A stretch of DNA of 64,000 nt from Alphaproteobacteria bacterium (GTDB lineage: Bacteria > Pseudomonadota > Alphaproteobacteria > JBKEAR01): the NCBI GenBank assembly GCA_047972425.1, contig JBKEAR010000022.1, positions 8,371-72,370 of the forward strand, written 5' to 3'. Of this stretch, positions 31,074-40,947 are shown piece after piece (the stretch's first letter is position 1; each line of letters starts with the position of its first letter). The notes beneath the pieces are model-generated. The model worked only from the letters and a program-made list of their open reading frames with translations. It was not told the origin of the DNA and did not search any database. A program made the position numbers and the translations under genes.

Positions 31074-31850
31074 TTAAATCTGAATAATTTGTCCATCATA
31101 GACTGGTCGCATATTATCGGGTAATTTTTCTAATAGCTCATTATGATCTAAACTAAGCCCAATATGCGTAATCCAAATATGCTTGGGTTGAATATAATCA
31201 GCCCAATGGCGAATAATATCAAAATGTGCATGCGTCGGATGCGGCTTAAAACCAATCATGCCGACCATCCAATGCTGAACCCCTTTATATGCATTTAGTG
31301 CTTTTTTTGTAATTTCTACAACATCAGTTGTAAATGCAAATTGCTTATTAAATAAGATCCCGTATGAAGATGAAAAACCATGGCTCTGTTCAAAGAACTG
31401 GCAATTGATATCTGCAATATCATAATTATCGCCTGAATGTATAATATGTGGAACGAGCGTTGGTTTATAAAAATTCTTATTCTTTTCTATTTTATCAAAT
31501 ACCCAAGGAAAGCTGCCTGAAAGTCTTTCATAAGTATCCTTAGACATATATGCGGGTATTGAACTATCCATTAATCGGTTTAGGCTTCTTACATCATCTA
31601 ATCCGTGCGTATGGTCTGCATGGGCATGCGTATATATAATGGCATCAGCACGCTTAATATCGTTTGTGAGTAGTTGTTCTCTCAAATCTGGCCCTGTATC
31701 GACCAAAATTGATTTATCATACTCATTTTCAATATAAATCCCCGGGCGTAAGCGCTTATTTTTAGGATTATTTGGGTTGCATGCACCCCAACCAAATTCT
31801 ACGGCTGGTGTTCCTGTCGATCCTCCTGACCCTAAAACAGTAATTTTCAT
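31074..31850 (-). CDS. Metallo-beta-lactamase fold hydrolase (PhnP-like)
   Basis: LGSGGSTGTP, VDTGPDLREQ, THAHADHTHGLDD, HPTH. Confidence 0.92.
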   Translation of the reverse strand: MKITVLGSGGSTGTPAVEFGWGACNPNNPKNKRLRPGIYIENEYDKSILVDTGPDLREQLLTNDIKRADAIIYTHAHADHTHGLDDVRSLNRLMDSSIPAYMSKDTYERLSGSFPWVFDKIEKNKNFYKPTLVPHIIHSGDNYDIADINCQFFEQSHGFSSSYGILFNKQFAFTTDVVEITKKALNAYKGVQHWMVGMIGFKPHPTHAHFDIIRHWADYIQPKHIWITHIGLSLDHNELLEKLPDNMRPVYDGQIIQI

Positions 31851-31855
31851 TTTGC

Positions 31856-32635
31856 TTATGACCTTGCTTTTGTAAACAGATTATAAAAATTATTGCTTGT
31901 ATTTGAGGCAATCTCTTGAATAGAAACATTACGCTCTAATGCTAAACATTCTGCAGTTGATACCATGTAAGAAGGCTCATTTGTTTTTCCTCTATACGGT
32001 ATGGGTGCTAAGTATGGTGCATCGGTTTCGATTAAAATACGTTCGCTTGGTGCATCTTTTGCTACTTTTTTTATTTCAATAGCCGATTTAAACGTTAAAA
32101 TTCCCGAAAAAGATAAAAAAGCGCCAAGTTCTAAACAAGATTGAGCAAAAGCATAAGTTCCGCTAAAGCAATGAATGACCATATTAAAGTGACCATTATT
32201 AAGCTCATCTTTCAAAATGCGTAATGTATCGTTTTCGGCATTACGTGTATGAACAATTACAGGTAAATCCAATATTCTTGCTGCCGTAATATGGCGGCGA
32301 AATTGTTGCTCTTGTTGTTCTCTTGGGCTGTAATCGTAATAAAAATCAAGACCAGTTTCACCAACAGCTATAATTTTTTGATGTCTCTGAATATAATCAA
32401 CAAGTGGTTGTGGAGATGTTTCACTATCATCTTGTGCATTATGTGGATGTGTTCCCACAGCTTGATAGATAAAGTCATAAGGTTTGATCAAATCTAAATT
32501 TTCATCAAACTCTTCTTTTCGTGTAGCAATATTCAGCATAGCATCAATATTTGCTTTTTTTGCATTAGCAATTACATCGTCTATTTTGTTTTTTAATTGC
32601 TCGAAATTTAAATGACAGTGGCTATCAATAAACAT
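31856..32635 (-). CDS. tatD: TatD-family nuclease
   Basis: DSHCHL, GETGLD, HTR, HCF, ETDAPYLAP. Confidence 0.95.
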   Translation of the reverse strand: MFIDSHCHLNFEQLKNKIDDVIANAKKANIDAMLNIATRKEEFDENLDLIKPYDFIYQAVGTHPHNAQDDSETSPQPLVDYIQRHQKIIAVGETGLDFYYDYSPREQQEQQFRRHITAARILDLPVIVHTRNAENDTLRILKDELNNGHFNMVIHCFSGTYAFAQSCLELGAFLSFSGILTFKSAIEIKKVAKDAPSERILIETDAPYLAPIPYRGKTNEPSYMVSTAECLALERNVSIQEIASNTSNNFYNLFTKARS

Positions 32636-32643
32636 GAAAATCC

Positions 32644-34191
32644 CTATTCGTCTTTTATATAACGCGGAAATAACGGCTCGGGTTTATCCATAGCTAAACC
32701 AGCAGATAAGCACCCTTTTGTACCAATATTTTCAAAATTACGCTGATCATCAGAGATAGAAAGATAATCTAGCATTTTTTGTGCCGATTGTGGCATAATA
32801 GGTTGTAATAACAATGTAATATTACGGATAACCTCTGCAAGTACGCCTAATACAATATTCATACGTTCGGTATCGGTCTTTTTTAAGCTCCATGGTGCCT
32901 GAAAATCAATATATTGGTTTGCAGCCCGTATTAACTTCCAAATAGCCTCTAGCATTTCATGAAAAGCCTGAACATCAATTTTTTCCCTTGCTTCAATGAG
33001 TGTATTATTAACCATATTTAATAACTGCTTATCTTCTTCTGTTTGTGTATCATAAGCAGGAATATGAGCATCGCAATTTTTATAAATCATGGAAAATACC
33101 CGTTGAGCCAAATTGCCAAACTCATTTGAAAGCTCACTATTAATCCGGTTAGCAACAGATTCTCGAGAAAAATCGCCATCATTTCCGAAAGGAACTTCTC
33201 TGAGTAAAAAATACCGCATCTGATCTAAACCATATTCATGCACAATCTCAAATGGATCAATTACATTACCAATAGATTTTGATATTTTTTGGCCCTCATT
33301 TGTCCACCAGCCATGAGCAAATACACGCTTAGGCAAAGGTAAATCGGCTGCCATTAAAAATGCTGGCCAATATACAGCATGAAAACGGATGATATCTTTA
33401 CCAACCATATGAAGATTTGCAGGCCAAAATGCTTGATATTTTGGATTTTCTGTATCCGGGTATCCAACAGCGGTTAAATAATTTGTTAAAGCATCTAACC
33501 ATACATACATTACATGTTTTGGGTCTCCGGGTACAGGAATGCCCCAAGAAAAACTTGCACGGCTGACTGATAAATCCCGTAATCCCGAGCCCACAAAGCT
33601 TGTTACCTCATTACGCCGTGTTTTGGGCATAATAAAATCGGGGTGCGCATTATAATATTCTAATAATCTATCTTGATATTCGGATAATTTAAAAAAGTAG
33701 CTTTCTTCTTTTAGCCATTCAACTTCTGCTCCACTTTCTTTCGCATAGCGAATACCATCTCTTACTTCGGTATCACCTTCGGTATAAAAAGCCTCATCTC
33801 TTACGGCATACCAGCCTTCATAGGCACCTAAATAGATATCACCTTTCTCTATTAATGTTTCCCATAAGGCTTGTGCAGCTTTATAATGGCGTTTTTCGGT
33901 TGTACGAATAAAATCATCATTAGAGAAATTCATTAATTTTGTAAGCTCACGAAAGCGCATGGAAACTTCATCGGTAAAATCTTTAGGGCTTAGTCCCTTT
34001 TCTTTTGCCGCTTTTTCTACTTTTTGGCCATGTTCATCGGTTCCGGTAAGAAAAAAAACATCATAACCATCTAAGCGTTTAAAGCGAGCCAAAACATCGC
34101 AGGCCAAACTGGTATATGCATGGCCAATATGGGGTTTGTCATTAACATAATAAATGGGGGTTGTGATATAGAAATTTTTATTATTTTCCAT
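32644..34191 (-). CDS. metG: Methionyl-tRNA synthetase
   Basis: YITTPIYY, HIGH, GTDEHG, YVWLDAL, KISKS. Confidence 0.97.
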   Translation of the reverse strand: MENNKNFYITTPIYYVNDKPHIGHAYTSLACDVLARFKRLDGYDVFFLTGTDEHGQKVEKAAKEKGLSPKDFTDEVSMRFRELTKLMNFSNDDFIRTTEKRHYKAAQALWETLIEKGDIYLGAYEGWYAVRDEAFYTEGDTEVRDGIRYAKESGAEVEWLKEESYFFKLSEYQDRLLEYYNAHPDFIMPKTRRNEVTSFVGSGLRDLSVSRASFSWGIPVPGDPKHVMYVWLDALTNYLTAVGYPDTENPKYQAFWPANLHMVGKDIIRFHAVYWPAFLMAADLPLPKRVFAHGWWTNEGQKISKSIGNVIDPFEIVHEYGLDQMRYFLLREVPFGNDGDFSRESVANRINSELSNEFGNLAQRVFSMIYKNCDAHIPAYDTQTEEDKQLLNMVNNTLIEAREKIDVQAFHEMLEAIWKLIRAANQYIDFQAPWSLKKTDTERMNIVLGVLAEVIRNITLLLQPIMPQSAQKMLDYLSISDDQRNFENIGTKGCLSAGLAMDKPEPLFPRYIKDE

Positions 34192-34211
34192 TTTATTACT
34201 TATTCTCCAAA

Positions 34212-35306
34212 TTATAAATTAGATACTGCCAAAAGAAGCCGATGAAGTCCTGTTGTTCTATCGATATCGCCTGAGAGTAGCTGTTTTGATATTCTTATCG
34301 TTTTATCCCATAATTGCAACCATTCATCTAATGATTTTTGTGGGTCGTTATAAAATAACGCTTGAATTTCCTGCGGAAGCCCCTTTTGTGCTTGCCCAAC
34401 ATATAAGCAACCTGCTTGAATAAGGCGCAGCCATAATTCTATCATAAGCTCAAAATTTTGTTCTTCTTTATTCAAACGCCCTTTTTTTCCGTATTTAGCA
34501 CAAAATTTAGCTGTTTGAGATAAATTTTTAGCTCTGAGTTGCCCAAAAAGCTGATAAATATCACGCCATATCTCTTGCCCATCGGCCGAGAATAATTGTT
34601 GGGCTTTCCCTACCGCACCATCAGCCAACCAAAGTATGATATCGGTAATATCTTGCGGTAACTCAGCCCCCTCTTCATTTAATAATGCTCGCATATCTAA
34701 TTGATTTAATGGGGAAAAATCTAATTTTCGACAACGAGAAATAATTGTTGGTAACAATTTATCGGGATTATGAGAGATTAAAAAGAAAATTGTTTGCTTG
34801 GGCGGCTCTTCTAAAATTTTTAATATGGCATTAGCCGCATTAATATTCATTTCATCAATAGAATCGATGATAATCACCCGATAGCCATCATTATGTGTGG
34901 TCGAAAGCTGTTGATTAATTTGGCGGATAGCATCGACATTAATGAGCGATTGAAATTTACCGGTTTTGGCATCAATATTTCGTTGGATTGAAATAAAGTT
35001 AGGATTAGACTGCGCAAAATATTGTTTGATCTCTGGATTATCAAAAGAGATATCTAAATCAGCTAATGTTAATTGCTCACCATCTGTTTCCGATAACGAA
35101 AATAGATTTGACTGACTATTATCATCTGGTTGTCCATGGGTTAATATAAACCGTGCTAAATAGTGGGCAACCCCTGCCTTGCCAATAGCTTTTGTACCGC
35201 AAAATAGCCACGCATGGTGCAGTTTATTATGGTTCCATGCCGATAAAAAAGCATTAAGGGCATCATTATGACCAATGGGATGAAAGCTTGGGTAAATATT
35301 ATCCAT
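34212..35306 (-). CDS. holB: DNA polymerase III delta' subunit
   Basis: LHHAWLFCG..IGKA, AANAILKILEEPP, LLPTIISRC; between tmk and metG. Confidence 0.93.
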   Translation of the reverse strand: MDNIYPSFHPIGHNDALNAFLSAWNHNKLHHAWLFCGTKAIGKAGVAHYLARFILTHGQPDDNSQSNLFSLSETDGEQLTLADLDISFDNPEIKQYFAQSNPNFISIQRNIDAKTGKFQSLINVDAIRQINQQLSTTHNDGYRVIIIDSIDEMNINAANAILKILEEPPKQTIFFLISHNPDKLLPTIISRCRKLDFSPLNQLDMRALLNEEGAELPQDITDIILWLADGAVGKAQQLFSADGQEIWRDIYQLFGQLRAKNLSQTAKFCAKYGKKGRLNKEEQNFELMIELWLRLIQAGCLYVGQAQKGLPQEIQALFYNDPQKSLDEWLQLWDKTIRISKQLLSGDIDRTTGLHRLLLAVSNL

Positions 35307-35964
35307 TAAGTTTCTTTAAAATATAACCATCTATATAGTGATTGCAAATATCAATAATATCATTTGATATTACATCAATATCACGGTTGGCATCAATGAT
35401 TTTAAACCGGCTTTGATTTTGGGCTAAATCTAAATAGCCATTTCTGAGGCGTTCGTGAAAACTAATATCTAAATTTTCAAACCGGTCTTCTTTTAAATCT
35501 TTTTCATTCTCGCGTATATTTGCACGTTTCAGCCCGATTTGTGCCGGTATATCCAACAAAAAAGTCATATCAGGCTGAAAATCTCCTAAAATAAGTTGGT
35601 TTAATTGTTTGAGTTTAGATAAAGAAATGTTATGTCCATAACCTTGATAAGCGATTGTGGAATCAAAAAAGCGGTCGCATAATACCCATATTCCTTTAGC
35701 TAATGTGGGTTTAATTAAGCGCTCTACATGGTCATAACGGGCAGCATAAAATAATAAAATTTCACTCATTGGCTCCCACTGATTAACACCGCCAGAAACC
35801 AATAGTTTGCGGATTTTTTCACCACCTTCAGAGCCTCCGGGCTCCCGTGTAACAATATTATCAATATTATTTTGGTGCAGCCATTGCGATAATTTATGAA
35901 TTTGTGTTGATTTACCGGAGCCTTCACCACCTTCAAAACTAACAAAACAACCGTTTTTCATCAT
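35299..35964 (-). CDS. tmk: Thymidylate kinase
   Basis: FEGGEGSGKSTQ, TREPGG, CDRFFDSTIAYQG. Confidence 0.97.
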   Translation of the reverse strand: MMKNGCFVSFEGGEGSGKSTQIHKLSQWLHQNNIDNIVTREPGGSEGGEKIRKLLVSGGVNQWEPMSEILLFYAARYDHVERLIKPTLAKGIWVLCDRFFDSTIAYQGYGHNISLSKLKQLNQLILGDFQPDMTFLLDIPAQIGLKRANIRENEKDLKEDRFENLDISFHERLRNGYLDLAQNQSRFKIIDANRDIDVISNDIIDICNHYIDGYILKKLNG

Positions 35965-37134
35965 TTAATTCTTTTCTTTTTGGTTGCGCCAATATTTCCA
36001 ATTAAAGGCTAAACGTTGGCTATTGGTTAGCCCTTCTACATCATGGGCTGCTAAAAGTGGAATGCTTGCAACAACCTCATCGCTATCTTTTTGTTTGATG
36101 ATTATTTTACCTAAAGGCTGGTCTTCATATATAGGTGCAGGAACTGGCGATAGATATGTGATGAAACTTGTTAAATTTTGGGCTTGATCGCGGCTTAAAA
36201 AAAGGCGCACATCATTTTGCACCTTTAAATCAACCGATGGATTTTTACCCATCCATATCGGTATTGAAGCCACAATTTGGCCTTGTGTAAAAAACCAATT
36301 CCACTCAAAATTCTCATAGCCCCAATCTAAAAGTTTAGAGGCCTCATCAATACGCTCTTGTGCCGAATTTGTACCGGCAACGACCACCACCATTCTGCGC
36401 CCATTGCGCATTCCAGTTACTGTTACACAATATCCTGCATCATTGGTGTAACCAGTTTTCATGCCATCAACATCGGCTCTGTTTTGGATAAGCCAGTTTC
36501 GATTTTGCTGGGTAATTCCGTTAAATGTAAATTCTTTTTCGGAAAATAATGGAAAATATCCCGGAAAGTCAGTAATAATCCGATAAGTTAAAATTGCTAA
36601 ATCGCGTACACTCATTTTTTGGCCATCATCTGTTAGGCCTGATGCATTTGCAAAAAAGCCTTTAAGCCCCATTTCTTTAGCTTTTAATGTCATTAACTCA
36701 GCAAATTTTGGCTCAGAGCCAGATACTGCGGTGGCTAAAGTAATGGCTGCATCATTACCCGATGCAGTTAATAAACCATGAAGTAAGTCTTCAACAGCAA
36801 CTTCTTGCCCTTCATTTAAGCGCATAGATGAGCTATTTGAGCCAATACCGCCACGCTCAACAGCATCTTTGGAAACAATAAAGGTTTGATCCATAGTTAA
36901 TTCGCCTTTTTTCAAAAGGTCAAAAATAACATAGGCTGTCATCATTTTACTCATTGATGCGGGAGAAATTAATTGGTCAGCTTCTTTTTCATATAAAACG
37001 GAGTAATCATTGGTTAAATCGACAATAATCGCATTACGAGCCGATGTGGTTGGCTCCTCTGCCATAACACTAAACGATAATAGTAAAGAAAAAATAATAA
37101 ATATATTTTTAATTCTTTTTACGATTCCATTCAT
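35965..37134 (-). CDS. D-alanyl-D-alanine carboxypeptidase (PBP5/6 family)
   Basis: PASMSK, SGN, DGMKTG, PBP5 C-domain. Confidence 0.93.
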   Translation of the reverse strand: MNGIVKRIKNIFIIFSLLLSFSVMAEEPTTSARNAIIVDLTNDYSVLYEKEADQLISPASMSKMMTAYVIFDLLKKGELTMDQTFIVSKDAVERGGIGSNSSSMRLNEGQEVAVEDLLHGLLTASGNDAAITLATAVSGSEPKFAELMTLKAKEMGLKGFFANASGLTDDGQKMSVRDLAILTYRIITDFPGYFPLFSEKEFTFNGITQQNRNWLIQNRADVDGMKTGYTNDAGYCVTVTGMRNGRRMVVVVAGTNSAQERIDEASKLLDWGYENFEWNWFFTQGQIVASIPIWMGKNPSVDLKVQNDVRLFLSRDQAQNLTSFITYLSPVPAPIYEDQPLGKIIIKQKDSDEVVASIPLLAAHDVEGLTNSQRLAFNWKYWRNQKEKN

Positions 37135-37149
37135 TTGAATATATGCCTA

Positions 37150-37758
37150 TTAATCCGTATACCGGCTTGATCCTGAATCGGTTAAGGCAAGTACTTTATC
37201 GATAGAAGATTCATCTTCATTCATTTCAGCGTCCGAGCCTGATGCTGTTCTGATTAATGTAACCCTAACTTTTGCTGTTCCTGAGCCGTGCATATCAAGT
37301 TTTAGAGCGGCTTTTTTTGAAAGATCAATTATTCGGCCATGTGCAAACGGCCCCCGATCATTAATGCGAACAACAACGGATTTTCCGTTAGAAAGATTTT
37401 TAACGCGAACAACGGAGCCAATTGGAAGTGTTTTATGCGCGGCTGTTAACGCATTTTGGTTGTAGCGCTCGCCATTAGCAGTTTTTTTACCATGAAAACC
37501 AGGGCCATACCATGATGCAATCCCTGTTTTTGAGTAACTTTTAATATTCGGATTAACCTGATACTGGCGCCCTTTTACCGTATAGCTATATGGTTTTGTT
37601 CGTGTATTTTTTGTTTTTGCACCACTAGAAGAATTGGTTATTGTTGATAACTTTCCATCATTTGCGCAACCTGTTATTACAAAGCTGATTAGTGTAATAG
37701 AAACCACAGAAATAAGTTTTTTTATCACAGTCAAACTTTCCTTTTTGTTATTTATCAA
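37150..37758 (-). CDS. rlpA: RlpA-family lipoprotein (DPBB domain, no SPOR domain)
   Basis: Lipobox [33 protein letters not shown]; start uncertain. Confidence 0.9.
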   Translation of the reverse strand: MINNKKESLTVIKKLISVVSITLISFVITGCANDGKLSTITNSSSGAKTKNTRTKPYSYTVKGRQYQVNPNIKSYSKTGIASWYGPGFHGKKTANGERYNQNALTAAHKTLPIGSVVRVKNLSNGKSVVVRINDRGPFAHGRIIDLSKKAALKLDMHGSGTAKVRVTLIRTASGSDAEMNEDESSIDKVLALTDSGSSRYTD

Positions 37759-37794
37759 ATGAGTTTATATATATTCAATACTAAGAGCAAGAAT

Positions 37795-38982
37795 TTATTT
37801 ATTCATGGATTGTATTTTTAAATATAAATTATGGCTTAAATAGCCATCATTGGGAATATTATTCTCTATTTGCCATTGTTTTAGGGCTAATCGGCTTTGG
37901 TATCCCCAATCTCCATCAATTGCTCCTTTATAAAATCCCATCTTTTTTAGTGTTGATTGTGTTTCGATAATTTGTTTTTTATTGACTTTTTGCCAATTTT
38001 TTTCTCTTTGATGAAAGAGCTCAGTATTGTTAGAAATATTATCGGCTAATAATCCAATAGCGAGTGCATAGCTTGTTGAATGGTTCCAAATCATAATGAT
38101 ATCAAAGTTAGAATATGTCATAAATGCTGGCCCGTCTGATCCTTGTGGGGCAATAATTGCTGCTTTTCTTTCATCATTAAGCAAAAATTTTTGGTTGTTT
38201 ACGGGCTTTATACCTAAATTTTTCCATTCAGCGATTGTTTTTTTATTGTTGCGCCCCCTTAAATCATAATCAAAATTTATTGGGAGAATAATTTCTTGTC
38301 CCCATGGCTCACCAGCCTTCCACCCTTCTCCACTTAAATAATGTGCAGCAGTTTCAAATGCATCTTTGTGGTTAGCAAAAATATCAATGTTATCATCACC
38401 ATCACCATCAATACGATATTTTTGTATTTTATTGGGTAAAAATTGTAAATGTCCCATAGCACCAGCCCAAGAGGATTGAGCATTGGCAGGTAAATAGTTT
38501 TGGCTGACTAAATCAATAAATATGTCGAGTTCTTGGGTGAAAAATTGGCTTCGGCGTTGATCACAACTCAGAGTAGCTAAAGCATCAATTGTCCGAATAT
38601 TACCTTGATAAGTTCCAAAATTTGTTTCCATTCCCCAAAATGCAATTAAATATGAGCCATCTATTCCATATTTTTGCATTAATATATCTAATTCTGGTTT
38701 GAGCTTTTTATATTCTGCATGTGCTTTTTCTACACGTTGGGCAGAATGCATGCGATCCAAATATTCATAGAAGCTATAGATAAATTCACTTTGTGTTCGG
38801 TCGTTCTGAATAATCTTTTCTTGGAATTGTGCTTGTTCAATCGTTGTTTTAATAATCGCTTCCGGTACACCTCTTTTTTGTAAGCTTTCCTGATATTGAG
38901 CTTTCCATTTATCAAAATTGCTACATTCTCCAAAGGCAGAAAACGAAACCATACTTAAAAGGATAAATATATTTTTATTCAT
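37795..38982 (-). CDS. Lytic murein transglycosylase (MltB/SltB family) with C-terminal PG-binding domain
   Basis: WGMETNFG, SSWAGAMGHLQFLP, DGDGD EF-hand, WNHSTSYA; AAGGAG RBS precedes ATG 38982. Confidence 0.92.
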   Translation of the reverse strand: MNKNIFILLSMVSFSAFGECSNFDKWKAQYQESLQKRGVPEAIIKTTIEQAQFQEKIIQNDRTQSEFIYSFYEYLDRMHSAQRVEKAHAEYKKLKPELDILMQKYGIDGSYLIAFWGMETNFGTYQGNIRTIDALATLSCDQRRSQFFTQELDIFIDLVSQNYLPANAQSSWAGAMGHLQFLPNKIQKYRIDGDGDDNIDIFANHKDAFETAAHYLSGEGWKAGEPWGQEIILPINFDYDLRGRNNKKTIAEWKNLGIKPVNNQKFLLNDERKAAIIAPQGSDGPAFMTYSNFDIIMIWNHSTSYALAIGLLADNISNNTELFHQREKNWQKVNKKQIIETQSTLKKMGFYKGAIDGDWGYQSRLALKQWQIENNIPNDGYLSHNLYLKIQSMNK

Positions 38983-39760
38983 TATGATTTTCTCCTTTGG
39001 GTATCCATTCATCGGTTCGACCTTGTAGATAATATGCGGTAAGGCCAGTAATTTCTCGTATGGCTAAGGAAATATTGTAAAATCTGGAACCGACACTAAA
39101 CCGATGAACTCGGTGATAATGTTGCCCTGATTGATAATCGACTGGCCATGCTTTTATATTTGCCCAGCCCGCTTTTCTAAATACACCAATGGAGCGCGGC
39201 ATATGCCATGCCGATGTCACTAAATACCAATTTTCGTTTGGTTGTGGTTGAAATTTTGCAAATGTATAGGCTGCATTTTCATAGGTTGTTGATGATTCTC
39301 CTTCTATAAGAACTTTATTGCCATCAAAACCAATAGCATTGAGATAATCTATAGCAAATTGCCCTTCACTCCCGTTTTTTCCTGCGCCAGTAAAAATTAT
39401 TTTGGCATTGGGGTAGTTTTTCATCAAAATAGGCATTTCGGTTATACGCTCAGCACGATCAGTAAATAATATTTCGCCACGTTCAGCACTATTAAGCGTA
39501 TCCACAACACCACCCAGAATAATAAAGCCATCAATATTATGGTTATCAGATGCAATTTCTGGCTTGGCGAAACGATCATCCAAATATTTTAATATCAGTT
39601 GGCCGGGGTCGAATATAATAATAGATAAAAAACCCAAAAAAGATATAAAGCCAAACAATAAAGCCAGTTTCTTTTTATTAAATAATATAAAAATTAGGCT
39701 CAAAAATAATATAATGAGCAATATTAAAATTGGGTCGCTTAAAAACCTTAGAAATTTCAT
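38975..39760 (-). CDS. YdcF/ElyC (DUF218) family membrane protein
   Basis: Two TM helices, IILGG, FTG, STTYENA, LVTSAWHMPRS. Confidence 0.9.
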   Translation of the reverse strand: MKFLRFLSDPILILLIILFLSLIFILFNKKKLALLFGFISFLGFLSIIIFDPGQLILKYLDDRFAKPEIASDNHNIDGFIILGGVVDTLNSAERGEILFTDRAERITEMPILMKNYPNAKIIFTGAGKNGSEGQFAIDYLNAIGFDGNKVLIEGESSTTYENAAYTFAKFQPQPNENWYLVTSAWHMPRSIGVFRKAGWANIKAWPVDYQSGQHYHRVHRFSVGSRFYNISLAIREITGLTAYYLQGRTDEWIPKGENHNE

Positions 39761-39845
39761 TTAAAAAACACCTTTATATTTTATTTAATTAATATATTTT
39801 ATAAATATTAATCATTTCTAACTTTTTGGATAAAACAGGTGAAAT

Positions 39846-40406
39846 ATGGCAGATTTATATTCTATTGAGGATCATCGGGGTGTTTTTAAACCCAAATTAG
39901 ATGCTGAATGTTATCTTGCGCCCAATGCACAAATTATTGGTAATGTCGAGGTGAAAAAAGGAGCAAATATTTGGTTTGGTGCTGTTTTACGCGGTGATAT
40001 TGAGCCAATTATGGTGGGTGAAAATAGCAATATACAAGATAACTCGGTTTTACATACAGAAAAAGATGCTGCATGTATTGTTAAAGATAATGTTACGGTT
40101 GGGCACTCGGTAACCTTGCATGGTTGCACAATTAATGATGGGTGTTTAATTGGTATGGGGGCTGTTATATTGAATAGAAGCGTCATCGGTAAAAATTGCC
40201 TTATTGGGGCTGGTGCGCTTGTTACAGAAGATATGATTATACCCGATAATAGCCTTGTTGTGGGTTTTCCGGCTAAAGTTATACGGCAATTATCAGATAA
40301 AGAAATTGAGGCTATGCACCAAAATACGGTGCGCTATATTGTGAATGGTCAAAATTATCAAAAAAATTTAAAAAAGTTAAACTCATCACTTGACAGTCAA
40401 GAATAA
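39846..40406 (+). CDS. Gamma carbonic anhydrase family protein
   Basis: AVLRGD, NIQDNSVLH, TVGHSVTLHGC hexapeptide repeats. Confidence 0.93.
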   Translation: MADLYSIEDHRGVFKPKLDAECYLAPNAQIIGNVEVKKGANIWFGAVLRGDIEPIMVGENSNIQDNSVLHTEKDAACIVKDNVTVGHSVTLHGCTINDGCLIGMGAVILNRSVIGKNCLIGAGALVTEDMIIPDNSLVVGFPAKVIRQLSDKEIEAMHQNTVRYIVNGQNYQKNLKKLNSSLDSQE

Positions 40407-40418
40407 ATACGGCATAAA
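40390..40418 (+). promoter_or_regulatory. Sigma70-type promoter of tRNA-Ser(UGA)
   Basis: TTGACA-N17-CATAAA just upstream of the tRNA. Confidence 0.65.
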
Positions 40419-40434
40419 CTTGCTAATCTGCTAT

Positions 40435-40522
40435 GGATGGGTGGCAGAGCGGTTGAATGCACCGGTCTTGAAAACCGGCAAGGGTAAGACCTTCGTGGGT
40501 TCGAATCCCACCCCATCTGCCA
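40435..40522 (+). tRNA. tRNA-Ser (UGA)
   Basis: GGATGGG acceptor, CCGGT-CT-TGA-AA-ACCGG anticodon arm, long variable arm, GGTTCGAATC, GCCA end. Confidence 0.97.
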
Positions 40523-40526
40523 ATAT

Positions 40527-40556
40527 AAAGCGTCGTTTTTAACGGCGCTTTTTTTG
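40527..40556 (+). terminator. Intrinsic terminator after tRNA-Ser(UGA)
   Basis: AAAGCGTCGTT-ttt-AACGGCGCTTT then a T-run. Confidence 0.8.
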
Positions 40557-40641
40557 TTTTTAATTTAATTTTTGCATATAAGAAATGATTATAAAAAAGC
40601 CCTATCATTAAAAGAGCTTTCGCAAGCTTATTTTTGCCTAC

Positions 40642-40829
40642 AAAAAACTCCCCAAAAAGGGAGTGTTTTTATGGCAGACAGGAAGGGATTGTGGCTCACT
40701 TTGTTCGCGCACGCCTTTGGCTCGAACCCAATCATTTTATCAAATGATAACGCTTCTAATCCTAGCTCACTTTCTCCCATAAAAAAACTCCCAATAAGGG
40801 AGTGTTTTTATGGCAGACAGGAAGGGATT
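40642..40829 (-). repeat. tRNA-Ser(GCU) 3'-end plus terminator duplication (139-bp period)
   Basis: 40657-40690 is identical to 40796-40829 (34 bp), including the last 19 nt of the tRNA; an ACTCCC/GGGAGT hairpin is present in both copies. Confidence 0.9.
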
Positions 40830-40903
40830 CGAACCCTCGAAGGGGCTACAAACCCCTTACTCCCTTAGCAGGGGAGCGCCTTCAGCCACTCGGCCACCTG
40901 TCT
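40811..40903 (-). tRNA. tRNA-Ser (GCU)
   Basis: Reverse complement AGACAGG..CTCCC-CT-GCT-AA-GGGAG..long variable arm..GGTTCGAATCC..CCTGTCT-GCCA. Confidence 0.96.
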
Positions 40904-40947
40904 AGAATTTGTATATTTTTATAAGGAATTTCCTTTCTTGTCAACTA

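Noticed and set aside
40642-40829. Repeat considered as a CRISPR array or prophage att pair
   Set aside because: Only two copies, sequence derived from the tRNA and terminator, no cas or integrase, and only about 100 bp between copies
40423-40868. ORFs 40423-40608 and 40572-40868
   Set aside because: They overlap the tRNA genes and the tRNA repeat on the opposite strand
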